A stretch of 64,000 bases of DNA from Octopus sinensis (Eukaryota), in assembly GCF_006345805.1 (NCBI RefSeq), contig NC_042998.1:169880001-169944000 (forward strand), written 5' to 3'. Both the position numbers and the translations under genes were made by a program. The notes under the pieces were generated by a model. It was given only the letters and a program-made list of their open reading frames with translations. It was not told where the DNA came from and ran no database searches. Below, piece after piece: positions 40,090 through 51,993 of this stretch (the stretch's first letter is position 1; each line of letters opens with the position of its first letter).

Positions 40090-40515
40090 GTTATAGATTG
40101 GGGTAGTTCTACTTGGGTGCCCAATAACTTCATTACAAACCACAACAAACTGTAAATAACTCAAAACAGTGTACTTTACATCATCACAGGCTGCACACTA
40201 AAAATTAAGACACTACAGTTTTTTGTTGAAGCGAACTCTAACTTTGCAATCTTTGCTACAACATACACATCTACAATAAACAGGAATGCTACTTCAACAG
40301 CTTCCTGAAAACCTGATCTCTCTAGATAAGTCCAAACAAATAATACAGAATAAATAAATAAATAAATAACCAAACATACACAATAAAATAAAGTAGCATC
40401 AACAGCCTTGTAAACACCAAACACTGTGTTGGAATACACACCACTTTTGACAATCAGAGAGAAACAATAACTGTAGCTCACGTGGCTGTAGACACTATCA
40501 GAATTTACAGCCAAC
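40090..40515 (+). mobile_element. Decayed I/Jockey-like LINE, C-terminal region
   Basis: ITQNSVLYIITGCTL...EAN resembles QN.ALRIITGC. Similar C-terminal remnants occur at about 63130-63360. Confidence 0.4.
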
Positions 40516-41139
40516 ATAAGAGCCTGTATCTAGTTGATCCCCAACTAGAGATAGCAGCTAAATTTCCCTTAAATCACATCCTTTCATTTTAAAACAGGTT
40601 GTATCTAAAATTACATTGTAGTATTTGATACAAAATCATCATCATCATTTTTACATCCATTTTTCTATGCTGGCATGAGTTGTATGAGACACACTGAATC
40701 ATACTGCTACAGTCAGATGTCCTTGAAGTCAACCCTTACTTTTTCATCAAGTAAGGCACACACAAACACACACAATATATAATGGGCTTCCAAACAGTTT
40801 ACATCAACCAATTTTCACTCAAAAGACATTGAGGCTGATGAGATGGTCATGAGTGGAATCTTCTTTGATTTTTGGATCTACTCAGTGCCAACTAAGGGCC
40901 AAACATTAACAGGTATGCATAGACAGTAAGACTGGCCAGGAAAGAGAGTATGACCAAGTCACATTGGCCCAGTAGAATCAACCAGTGCATATTTGAACAT
41001 AAAGTATGGTCCTCAAAAACGATGTCAGCAACTAGATTCCAACAAGTTGTTCAACTGGCTACATGTACACCATGGATATGTTTAATGAGAGCACAATATT
41101 ACAAATACAAATTTTATATATCGAAAGAAAGTTAAGCTC

Positions 41140-41750
41140 TTTTAGTTTTTAGTCAAATCATACTGATCTCAGTATCTTTTATTTAAAGCCTGGTACTTAT
41201 TGATCTCTATTTGCCAATCCACTAAGTTATAAGAAAAATACAGTGCACTAATTTCCAAATGGTACAAATGAAAAGACAAATATAGAGACTCATACACACA
41301 CAATATATATCATCATCATCTTTTAACATATGTCTTCTGTACTGGAAAAGGATGGATGGTTTGACATGAGTTGGCAAGCTGGAGAGCTGCCTGGGCTCCA
41401 TTTGTCAGTTTTGGAATGGTTTCTATGGCTGGATATCCTTCCTAATGCCAACCCCTTTACAGAATGTTCTAAGCACTTATATGTGGCGCTGGCAAAGGTG
41501 TTTTTATGCGGCATCGGCATAGGTGCTTTTATGTGGAATTAGCACCCATGAGCCCACAAGACTAGGATACACATATATACATACACACACACACACACAT
41601 ATAGTGAGTGTATGCACATGTGTTTGAAACCGTCTATGTCTATATACTACTTCTACAGTTTTCATCTCCCAGTTTCACTCATAAGGAGTTGGTCAGTCAA
41701 AAGCTGCAGTAGAAGACAGTCAAGATGTTACTTCATAGCTACACAGCCAT
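41140..41750 (-). mobile_element. Decayed SINE family A interrupted by an RTE 3'UTR (about 41311-41560)
   Basis: Same nested layout as 4591-5194. Confidence 0.72.
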
Positions 41751-41789
41751 AGTGAAGCTTGGTTAAATTATTATTTGCTTATTATTTGT

Positions 41790-42303
41790 GAGACCTCTGG
41801 AGATATGCTGTGACTTCGAAGACCAAACAAATGAAGTGAGTTCATGGCTTGCAGGATGGCCTGCTGTGCTAACCTTGGATCGTAGAGTGACTCGCTGTTC
41901 TTGAGGAGACCTATTGAGTCAAGTACGTTAACACCAACATCAAAATGAAAATCAAATGGAAATTGTAGTTAAGATATCCATGCTGGTGACACATTAAAAG
42001 CACCGTCCGAGCATGGCAGATGCCAGCGCCGCCTCACTGGCGTCCATGTCAGTGACATGTAAAAGCACCATCCGATCGTGGCCGTTTGCCAGCCTCCTCT
42101 GGCTCCTGTGCCAGTGGCACGTAAAATGCACCCACTACACTCATGGAGTGGTTGGCGTTAGGAAGGGCATCCAGTTGTAGAAACACTGCTAGATCAGACT
42201 GGTGCCTGGTGCAGCCTCCTGGCTTCCCAGACCCCAGGTGAACCGTCCAACCCATGCTAGCATGGAAAACAGACGTTAAGCAATGATGATGATGATGATA
42301 ATG
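41790..42303 (+). mobile_element. RTE LINE 3' end with long repetitive 3'UTR
   Basis: ORF end DLWRYAVTSKT, three ~60 bp GTGCC.GTGGCACGTAAAAGCACC-like units, and tail CATGGAAAACAGACGTTAA..(GAT)n. Confidence 0.85.
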
Positions 42304-42713
42304 AGTTTGTCTACAATTAGCTGTCAGTAAATATAATTTAACCAAAATTATGAAAAAAGGAATATTGATTGCAAAACATTTTGAAAAAGGTTTCCACATG
42401 GAAGCTAAATAGCAAAGTTTATAAAAAACCCAAAAAGTTAAGAAAAGACCAAAATAAAAAAAAGCAAGATTTGTATGTTAATAATAAATAAATAAAAAGT
42501 ATAAGGGTTTCAGATTGAAATGACAAGCTTATATGAGAGTGTAAGGCCAAAATCAACATGGGATGGTTAAAAACAACAAAAGCAATACAGAGCTGAAACA
42601 GAGATCAGATGGCCAAGTTGGAAACAAACTTAGTGCTTCCTTTTCCTGGACATCAGCTGGTGACAACAGCAACAGGAGGAAGTTACCTAGCTGAGAGAAG
42701 AAAACAAACATAC

Positions 42714-42750
42714 CTCTCACTCCACTTGTGTAAGCTAGACCTTTTAGCCT
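42714..42750 (-). CDS. Candidate 37 nt exon (coding or UTR)
   Basis: Strong acceptor ttgtttttcatttgtcccag| and donor GAG|GTATGT. Open as RLKGLAYTSGVR or AKRSSLHKWSE. Confidence 0.4.
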
Positions 42751-43289
42751 CTGGGACAAATGAAAAACAAACTGAGGGAGGTAGAGATAGTGATTGACTG
42801 ACTGTGTGTGTGTATGTGTGTGTGTTTGAAGGGGGATAGAAAGGAGCATCTAAATTGGTTTTTAACATGAAAAAGGAAGTTGTCTTAACCCCACTTGCAA
42901 TGCAGTACAGAAGTACTACCTGCCCTTTCTAAATAATAACCTATGGAGAAAATTAGGGCTGTTTTGTGTACATATAGACAACAATTTTATAAATGTTATA
43001 AGAGTCTTTACAAGGCATCACGTCACATTTAGCATTAGTTTTCAAACCAAGGAAGTAATAATAATTGATCCTCTACTTGTTTGAGTCATTGACTCTGGCC
43101 GTGTTGAAACGCCACCTCAATCTACAAGATTTATAATTATCTGAGAAAGAAAAAAAGCTAGATTTATTGATGACATAAAATGAGATCTAATATTTGATTT
43201 AAATTTTTAGGCATATTTTGTGTAGATCAATTGATTTTATTAGGAGATGAAATTTACTTTAAGAATATTATTCTTTTAATTTTTTATAT

Positions 43290-43452
43290 TTGTCTGAGTC
43301 ATTTGACTGTGACTATGCTGGAGCACCACCTTAAATGGTTTTAGTTGAATAAATCGACCCCAGGACTTATTTATTCCTTGTAAGCCTAGTACTTATTCTA
43401 TCAGTCTCTTTTGCCAAACTGCTAAGTTATTGGGACATAAACACACCAGCAA
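43290..43452 (-). mobile_element. SINE family A tail fragment
   Basis: Reverse match to the A tail. A decayed plus-strand copy follows at about 43505-43805. Confidence 0.8.
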
Positions 43453-43879
43453 TATGGTAATTAAAAGGTTAATTAAATATCCTATAATTTTAAAAAATTA
43501 TTATCATATGGTTAGAATGTTTGTTTCACAGCCACATGATTCAAGGTGTGGTTTCAATGTGCAGCAAGTGCCTGCTGTAGTCTCAGGTTGATCAATACTT
43601 TAGGAGTGGAATTTTGTAGATGGAAACTGTGCAAAAGTTCATCATATCAGTTTATGTTTACTGATGTTAAAGAAAGTGTGTCTTGGTGATTTGACAACTA
43701 TGGATTGACAAAATAGCAACCTAATATAATACTAGGGTCTATATGATTGACTAAAATTCTTGAAAATGATGCCTCAGCAGTGCAGCAGTCCAATGAATGA
43801 AAGTAGGACGAAATTTTTAGTCGTTAAAGTTTATGTGAACTTTGATTAAGTTGGTTGTATAGATTAACTATGATCTTGT

Positions 43880-44290
43880 GGATGAGTGCATTGAGAAGCT
43901 TGCTTCTCAACCATGTGATCTCAGGTTCAGTCCCACTGTGCAGTACCTCGAGTAAATGTTTACTATAACCCTGGGCCAACCAAAGATTTGTGAATGGATT
44001 TGGCAGATAAACACTGGAAGAAACCTATCATATATGTGTGTGTATGTATGTACCGTTGTCTTGATATCATATGATGACTGTAAAAGGGCCTCATCACCAT
44101 ACAAGTGATGTTGTTTGAATCCAGTTTTTTGTGAAAAACACACCCAACTATCAGGAAATACTAGTTCGGTTGGAAAATAGTGTAGCTTGGCAAAAAGAAG
44201 AAGGGCATCCAACCATAGAAAATCTGATGTGGCAAATTCTGTCAGACTCATGCATACATGGAAAAGTAGACATTAAATGATGATGATAAT
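43880..44290 (+). mobile_element. SINE family A'
   Basis: A head, (TG)n, then RTE-type tail CATGGAAAAGTAGACATTAAATGATGATG. Confidence 0.83.
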
Positions 44291-44585
44291 AACAAAATCA
44301 TATATTCAAGCAGATAACTTCAATTTAGGGAGTTTCAATAATTTAAACAGACATTTCTCATTAAGTATTTTGGTGAAGTTACTAATTTATTAATTATGAG
44401 TTAATTAACTGCTAAGGTTTTCAGCATAAACTTTTATCAGGCTTAAGTACCAATTTGAGAAAGAAAAAGGAAAGAGGCTCACCAGAGAGGATCTGAAGCA
44501 TGAGTCTAATCAAATTGGTGTTAATAAAATCTAATATAATTTTACTAATGTAATAATATCATAGAAAGTTATAGAAAAAATTTAA

Positions 44586-44797
44586 TAACCCATTCAAAAC
44601 TCATTTTTTATTGAAATACACAGCTTTTGCTTTAATTAATTTAAGGAATATAGTAAAATAACTTTGTCATAAGTAAGCTGGTATTTGGAACATAAAGTAA
44701 TATGAAATTTTGATGGAACGTTTTGGTTTAGATCACTCTAAAGCAAAAAGTTTGTATCAGAGGCAGTCTCAGGCAGGTTGGTATGAAAAGGGTTTAA
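44586..44797 (+). mobile_element. piggyBac-like MITE, family 2
   Basis: Runs TAACCC...AAAAGGGTTTAA and matches 21542-21763. Confidence 0.65.
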
Positions 44798-46312
44798 TGC
44801 CCATTTTCCCATGATGTCATGAGTGTATGAGTGAAATACTGCAAAGCAGTAACTACACTTGAAACTATGTCATCTCATCTGTAAGACCTTGATCACACCA
44901 CTTCTTCCTGCTCATTCATTGGTTTTTTCTACTGTCAGTGCATGACCCACCCCAACACAGCAGGTACTGCTATTTGCACCATATGTCCATACCAGGGAAG
45001 CCACTTCTCCTCCCTACATCAATTAATGGTGTGATTCTCTGCTGCTCTCTAATCTCTTTGAGCTTCTCTCTGCCTTACATGCAGAATTACATTGCTTAAA
45101 TGTATGAATGTGTGTGTGGGCAGGAGACACTTACATACATGCGTGCATACATATATACACAGACAGACAGAGGCATACATACAGGCAGCAGACAGACACA
45201 AAGATAAATCTTTCTTAGCAATCAGACTAAGAACTTCCTCCACCCATTTCTTACTGAAGCTACACTTGAACCACCTCCAGCACAAGTTATGTCACAGAGG
45301 AAATAAAAATTGTTAACTAACTGCAGATGGAAAAGTTTAATGATATTCAGTATGCTTTAGCAGTTCAGAGATTTTTTGTAAATAAAATTTAATGCAATCT
45401 AGAATAGCCCATTCTGGATTTACTATGAATTATCTGAAAATTACAAGAAAAAAATAGACAAGAAATCTTTTTGCAAAATAGAACATAATGTTGGTATAAT
45501 TTTCCTCCAAAATTATTCATGTTTTCTGTTCATTAAATTAATGAAATATAAATAGCTGACTTAGACAAAGGCATGATTGTGATTGTGTGGTTAACAAGTC
45601 CCCTTGGCAACTATGGGATTTTGAGTTCAATCTGTGTGACACCTTGAGTAAGTGTATCCTACTATAACTTTGGGCCAAACAATGCCTTGTGAGTGATTGA
45701 TAAAAAAGTATATAAAACGACAGGTCTTCTTTCAGTCTCCATTTCCCACCAAACTTAGGAGCCCTTTCTTAGTTGAAATTTCAAAACCCTCATTATCTGA
45801 GAAATATTATATTAATGAAACACAAGCTAAGTTGTAGTATTCCTGTTGAACTTGCATATCTCAAATATGAGGAAAGATGAAAAAAACAGCAACAGAAATA
45901 ACATTAGCTATGTTAGTTAATAACCCATGTTTCCTCATGTTTTCAAGACTTCAGGGAGGAAGGGCTACATTCTAAATTCAGAGCTTGTTGAGGTTCAGAC
46001 TTAAACTGATATTAAAAACTCATCAAATACTGAAAATGTATAATTTATTTGGCAACAGAACAATAGAAAGAAGGTAACTGAAAGATAAGAAAGAAGTACA
46101 AATGGATATATAATGTGAATATATGAGGTATACAAATCTGAAATGGTAGTGCATAAATGAGATTTGTAAGTATGGAATGTATGTCATGCATACAATTATG
46201 AAATATGAGAAGTGTCGTTTGTATGTGCATGTTGCACGTGTGCATGTGCCAATGTCGTTTTGTTCACTCATTTGTTTTATAGCCCTTCTTTTTTTTTTAT
46301 ATGGTGGATAAA

Positions 46313-46680
46313 TATGAGGTCTGATCAATAAGAATCTGGATTGTTGTCATTGTAATGAAGCAAAAGCACGTAGAGTAAAGCTGCTTGGCAGAAATTGACC
46401 TTGAACTCTGCTGTGTATGTTCACTAAGTTTTAACATTCTAGCTCATTTCTGCTGTTTACAGTAGTACCTGGAAGGAATGTGTGTAGCATGTAATCATTG
46501 CATTGATCATGAATCTGCTTAAAATTTTGACAAAAGCTTGGTGATACCTGCTCAGAGGCCTAAGCAAAGTTGCAGAAAGTGTATGGAGAGGAGTGAATAA
46601 GCTGAACAAATATCGATAGTAATCAATATTCTGGAAGAGCTGCAACTAGTAGAACTGAGAAAAACATTGCAGATGTTGAC
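46313..46680 (+). mobile_element. Single-arm copy of the mariner family at 14972
   Basis: TA-TGAGGTCTGATCAATAAG TIR and a 5' region colinear with both arms of 14972-15853. Confidence 0.85.
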
Positions 46681-47187
46681 TTAGTGCTTTTTATGTAGCA
46701 CAAGCACAGGTGAGGTCATTTTTGGAAAGGTCTTTACAGCTGGTTGTCCTCCTGAACACCAACCACTTTACAATATGGACTGGGTGCTTTTCAGTGGCAC
46801 TTGCACTGACAGGGTCACCAAGTACTTGCAAGACAAAAACTTTTAAGAGGGAAGGAGGCATTGAGGGAGGTGATGACGAAAAGGTAATAGTGAGATAAAT
46901 ATAGGTGTCTTGCTGAATGAAGACAGAAACATGTGTGCTGCCACAAAGGAAAAAAAAGTTGCTGACAGTCAGGGAAGTGCAGGAGAGGGAGAGAGAGAGT
47001 GAAAACCAAAGGATGGAGATGGAGGCAAAATATCGAGCATCAGAGTATAAATGAGATACCTAAGTAAAGGAAGACAGAGAGATAGATAGTGGCAAGATGA
47101 AGGGCATACCCTTGAGGTTCGAATGCCATAATATAAGTGACAGAATATTGTGAAGGGAGTGCGAGTGAAACATAAATATATATAAAT

Positions 47188-47218
<31 letters not shown>

Positions 47219-47219
<1 letters not shown>

Positions 47220-47521
47220 GATCACCATGACTGACCAGGCTATCAGATGTTGCTACACATCACTGGTCACAATGAGCTGTGCATTGTTTTAGCCTTCAAA
47301 TGACGCCACCCCACTAGCTAAGTAAATGGGCCAACAAAAGAAAGAGTGAGAGAAAGTTGTGGCGAAAGAGTACAGCAGGGATTGCCACCCCCACCTGCTG
47401 GAGCCTTGTGGAGCTTTAGGTGTTTTCACTCAATAAACACTCACAACACCCGGTCTGGGAATTGAAACCGCGATCCTACGACAATGAGTCCACTGCCCTA
47501 ACCACTGGGCCATTGTGCCTC

Positions 47522-47524
<3 letters not shown>
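47219..47524 (-). mobile_element. tRNA-derived SINE family E, alternative tail
   Basis: Head GGAGGCACAATGGCCCAGTGGTTAGGG...GGTTTCAATTCCC. Body as in the 12499 copy, with a different 3' part. Confidence 0.87.
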
Positions 47525-47553
<29 letters not shown>

Positions 47554-47614
47554 CATAAATATACACAGATATATATATATAAATACATAAATATATATAC
47601 ATGCATACATAAAT

Positions 47615-47835
47615 AAAAATTTTTATAATTATGAGTATAATTATAATTAGGGTTCAGCAAAAAATCTGCTTCACCACATACCGAAATTTAGAAATAGCAG
47701 CCAAAACTAGTTATTTCTCTACCATAAGAAAATCTCTCAACTAGTTTTGGCTGCTATTTCTAAATTTCGGTATGTGGTGAAGCAGATTTTTGCTGAAACC
47801 TAATTATAATTATACTCATAATTATAAAAATTTTT
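47615..47835. repeat. Near-perfect inverted repeat (98/97 bp arms, 26 nt loop), Penelope-like inverted end
   Basis: Arms 47615-47712 and 47739-47835 differ by one substitution and one indel. Flanked by TA-rich microsatellite. Confidence 0.9.
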
Positions 47836-47914
47836 GTTTAAGTTCTTTTAACATGCCAAACTACTTGGTAAAATTATTAATTATTAATTAATTAATTATT
47901 TTTACACTTTATTA

Positions 47915-48346
47915 TTATACATACATAAAATATATATGTATATATACATACATACATAAATATATATGTATATATATATACATACATCACCATCATCATC
48001 ATCATCATCATCGTTTAACGTCCGTTTTCCGCGCTAGCACGGGTTACATAAATATATATGTATATATATATACATACATAAATATATATGTATATATATA
48101 CATCCATAAATACATATGTATATATATACATACATAAATACATATGTATGTATATACATACATAAATATATATGTATATATATATATATACATACGTAAA
48201 TATATATATATATATATATAATACATACGTAAATATATATATATATATATACATACGTAAATATATATATAATATATATATACGTAAATATATATATATA
48301 TATATACATACGTAATATATATATATATATATATACATACGTAATA

Positions 48347-48388
<42 letters not shown>

Positions 48389-48651
48389 ATATACGTAAAT
48401 ATATATGTATATATATATACATACGTAAATATATATGTATATATATATATACATACATAAATATATATGTGTATATATATATACATACATAAATATATGT
48501 ATATATATATACATACATAAATAAATATATGTATATATATGAGGAATCGGTTTCTGACTGAAGAACGAAGGCTTTTGAATGACCCGTCTGTCTCTTATGT
48601 TCGTCCCTTTGTGTATTTCACGTTATTTATTTATGTAAAGGTTTATATTAT

Positions 48652-48683
<32 letters not shown>

Positions 48684-48870
48684 ATATACATACATAAATA
48701 TATATGTATATATATACATACATAAATATATATGTATGTATATACATACATAAATATATATGTATACATACATACATAAATATATATGTATACATACATA
48801 CATAAATATATGTATATACATACATAAATATATGTATATACATACATAAATATATATGTATATATATACA
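47915..48870. repeat. Long complex (TA)n/TACA microsatellite with small embedded TE fragments
   Basis: TACATAC(A/G)TAAATATA units, an RTE tail at about 47990-48046 and an unclassified fragment at 48541-48645. Confidence 0.93.
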
Positions 48871-48873
48871 CTT

Positions 48874-49106
48874 AAGGCGGCGAGCTAGCTGAAACGTTAG
48901 CACGCCGGGTGAAATGCGTAGCCGTATTTCGTCTGTCGTTACGTTCCGAGTTCAAATTCCGCCGAGGTCAACTTTGCCTTTCATCCTTTCGGGGTCGATA
49001 AATTAAGTACCAGTTATGCACTGGGGTCGATATAATAGACTTAATCCCTTTGTCTGTCCTTGTTTGTCCCCTCTGTGTTTAGCCCCTTGTGGGTAGTAAA
49101 GAAATA
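48874..49106 (+). mobile_element. SINE family B, young full-length copy
   Basis: tRNA-like head with B box GAGTTCAAATTCC, central GCCTTTCATCCTTTCGGGGTCGATAAATTAAGTACCAG, CpGs retained. Confidence 0.92.
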
Positions 49107-49999
49107 TATATATACACATACATAAATATGTATATATATATATATAGATACATAAATATGTGTATATATATATGTATGTGTATATATATATGTATATGTA
49201 TATACATATATATATGTATATAAATATATATATATAAATATATATATATATTAAGAGGTTTCCATTATAGGAATTCCTTACGCTAGAAAGAACAGCTAAA
49301 GTCCAAACCACTAATTAGGGATAAATTCTTGAAGGGAATGAAAAATAAAACATTTACCATCTATTTGCTGGACAATGGTTTCTGACTTATTTTTGCAAAT
49401 AAAATAATTTGTTAGGTGAAGTCTTCATCAACAGGTACGCCAAGATTAAACATATAAATATGAGGTCAATCCAGCACGTGCCTCTTGCTTATACATTTTT
49501 ATTCTTTCAAATCCACCATGCAAGCTTCTGTTTCAAAACTAGTCTGTGGATGCCAGACCAGCAAGTGGAAGCTGCTGACTTCCCCTGTTCTAACATTATT
49601 ATGGACACAGATTTGTGTGTCACATAGCTAGCTAGAGGCGATGGCCTCTTGGAGCTAATCAACGGCAGCATTCGTCCTGTTTTTCTGGACTGCTATGTTA
49701 GTTTGGTGATAACTATTAGTATCCAGTACCACTGCCGTAGTCTCCTTTAGAGAGAATTAGAAATAATGATTTTATGTATGTATATATATATATATACTAA
49801 CTTAAACACTAGTATATAGCTTATAAGCAAGTAACCCCAAATGGGAAGATTTGTCTACGAAATCCACTTGGAAGTATTTAGTTAGCCAAGCCTTAAATAC
49901 AAGATACTTGTCAAAATGCAGGGCAGTGAGACTGAACCTAAAACCATGTGATTGGGAAGCAAACTTTTTAAGAACACAACCAAGCTTGCACCTAAATGG

Positions 50000-50061
<62 letters not shown>

Positions 50062-50963
50062 TTGTCTGCAATGTGATAGGTGTATATACTTGTACAAATG
50101 TATGTGACTCAAAACTAAAAAACAGAAATGTTATTTTAGTGAGTGTTGTAAAGAGGAAAAGGTTGGGCTGACCTTAGAAATAGTTAAAGAACAAATTTAA
50201 TTTGAGACAATTTAGCAGAAGGAATATTCTTTAACTTTATATTTTGAATGACATTATAAAACAGCTTGAAATATTGTTTAAAGTTGTTAAGTTCTGTTAT
50301 CAATAATATTAGTGAAACAGCTGCTTGTCACAAAAAATTATCAGTTGTTTATTCTTTTACCTGTTTTCCCTCCCTAGCATGGGTTAGACAAATATATTGT
50401 TGAAGCAGAGTTTTATAGCTGGATGGGTTTTTTCTATCACTAATGCTTACATCTTTTCAAGTAAAGGATCTTTTATTTTATATATCTATGAGACTCTGAT
50501 GTGAATGATTTGCTGATAGAAGAAATGACAATAACAACGCCAATTGCTGAGTGCAAATGTAAAGAAACATTCATGTTCACACACACATGTATGATATTAA
50601 ACTGCACCCATTGCTGAGACTCCAGTTTGAGAATTCTGAAGTTGTGGGAGTGGAAAGTCAACCCTTAATTACCAATACTCCCAGGAACAGTAATAGCTGT
50701 CAGGGTCCCATCTATGGGTTAAACACATTTCCCATAAGTAGAGGAAGCTCCTGTCATTTTTCACAAAGTTATGGAGAAGGCATCTCTTGTAGGAGATAAA
50801 TACTTTGGCACAAAACCTGCAGCCAAAATAGTACCAGTCATCTTGCAATGTTTGTCACTGAAGCTTACTATGCTGAGCAAGTGAATGGCAGAAGTATTGT
50901 ACAAGCTTTTATCACTAAAAATCCTATGGTGTACAGATGTCTCACTTAAGACAGCTATCATCT

Positions 50964-51194
50964 TATTTCTTTATTGCCCACAAGGGGCTAAACATAGAGG
51001 GGACAAACAAGGACAGACAAAGGGATTAAGTCGATTACATCGACCCCAGTGCGTAATTGGTACTTAATTTATTGACCCTGAAAGAATGAAAGGCAAAGTC
51101 AATCTCGGCGGAATTTGAACTCAGAACATATAGACGGACAAAATACCGCTATGCATTTCACCCGGCATGCTAACATTTCTGCCAGCTCACCACC
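50964..51194 (-). mobile_element. SINE family B, young, with TSD
   Basis: Reverse match to the 48874 copy. TSD TTAAGACA(G/A)CTATCATCT at 50946-50963 and 51195-51212. Confidence 0.92.
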
Positions 51195-51587
51195 TTAAGA
51201 CAACTATCATCTGACGAGATGAGGCAATCATCACACATACACACTATATGTCAAGCTCTTTTCAATTTGCCCAAGGTGTTGCACAGTTGGACTGAACATA
51301 AAACCAAATGATTGGGAAGTAAATTTCTTAACTACACTGGAATTTATCTTGAATTTTGCAACTGACTGAAATCAGTTATCAAACTGATGGGCTAAGTAAT
51401 GAAAGTAACTTAAGTATATCTTTAATGGTTTATATTAAAAAAAAAAAAAATGTTTAACTTAGAAGCAAAACAATTACAAGCACAATTGTTATAATCATTG
51501 AAAGAACAGAGACAATGTTGCATTGAGAGGATTCATTAGCCTTGCAAAGGACAAAGTGACTTTTTTAGTATTGGTATTAATGATAAT

Positions 51588-51993
51588 AGGCGTAGGAGTG
51601 GCTGTGTGGTAAGTAGCTTGTTTACCAACCACATGGTTCCAGGTTCAGTCCCACTGTGTGGCACTTTGGGCAAGTGTCTTCAACTATAGCCTTGGGTTGA
51701 CCAAAGCCTTGTGAGTGGATTTGATAGATGGAAACTGAAAGAAACCCGTTGTATATATGTATATATATATATATGTGTGTGTGTATATGTTTGTGTGTCT
51801 GTGTTTGTCCCCCCAACATCGCTTGACAACTGATGCTGGTGTGTTTACGTCACCGTAACTTAGTGGCTCGGCAAAAGAGACTGATAGAATAAGTACTAGG
51901 CTTACAAAGAATAAGTCCTGGGGTTGATTTGTTCGACTAAAGGCGGTGCTCCAGCATGGCCACTGTCAAATGATTGAAACAAGTAAAAGAGTA
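51588..51993 (+). mobile_element. SINE family A, full-length
   Basis: Very close to the 3774-4182 copy. Confidence 0.93.

Noticed and set aside
40176-40517. 113 aa hydrophobic minus-strand ORF
   Set aside because: Antisense to an A/C-rich decayed LINE, so the hydrophobicity is compositional.
48015-48903. Long ORFs (up to 167 aa) rich in Y/I/M/V
   Set aside because: Translations of (TA)n/(TACA)n microsatellite. The same applies to 27649-27964, 35064-35565, 49003-49311 and 49802-50171.
51211-51232. CTGACGA followed by a GATGA/TCATC stem (hammerhead-like); also CTGATGA at 32012
   Set aside because: No GAAA follows the stem and no stem I or III can be formed.
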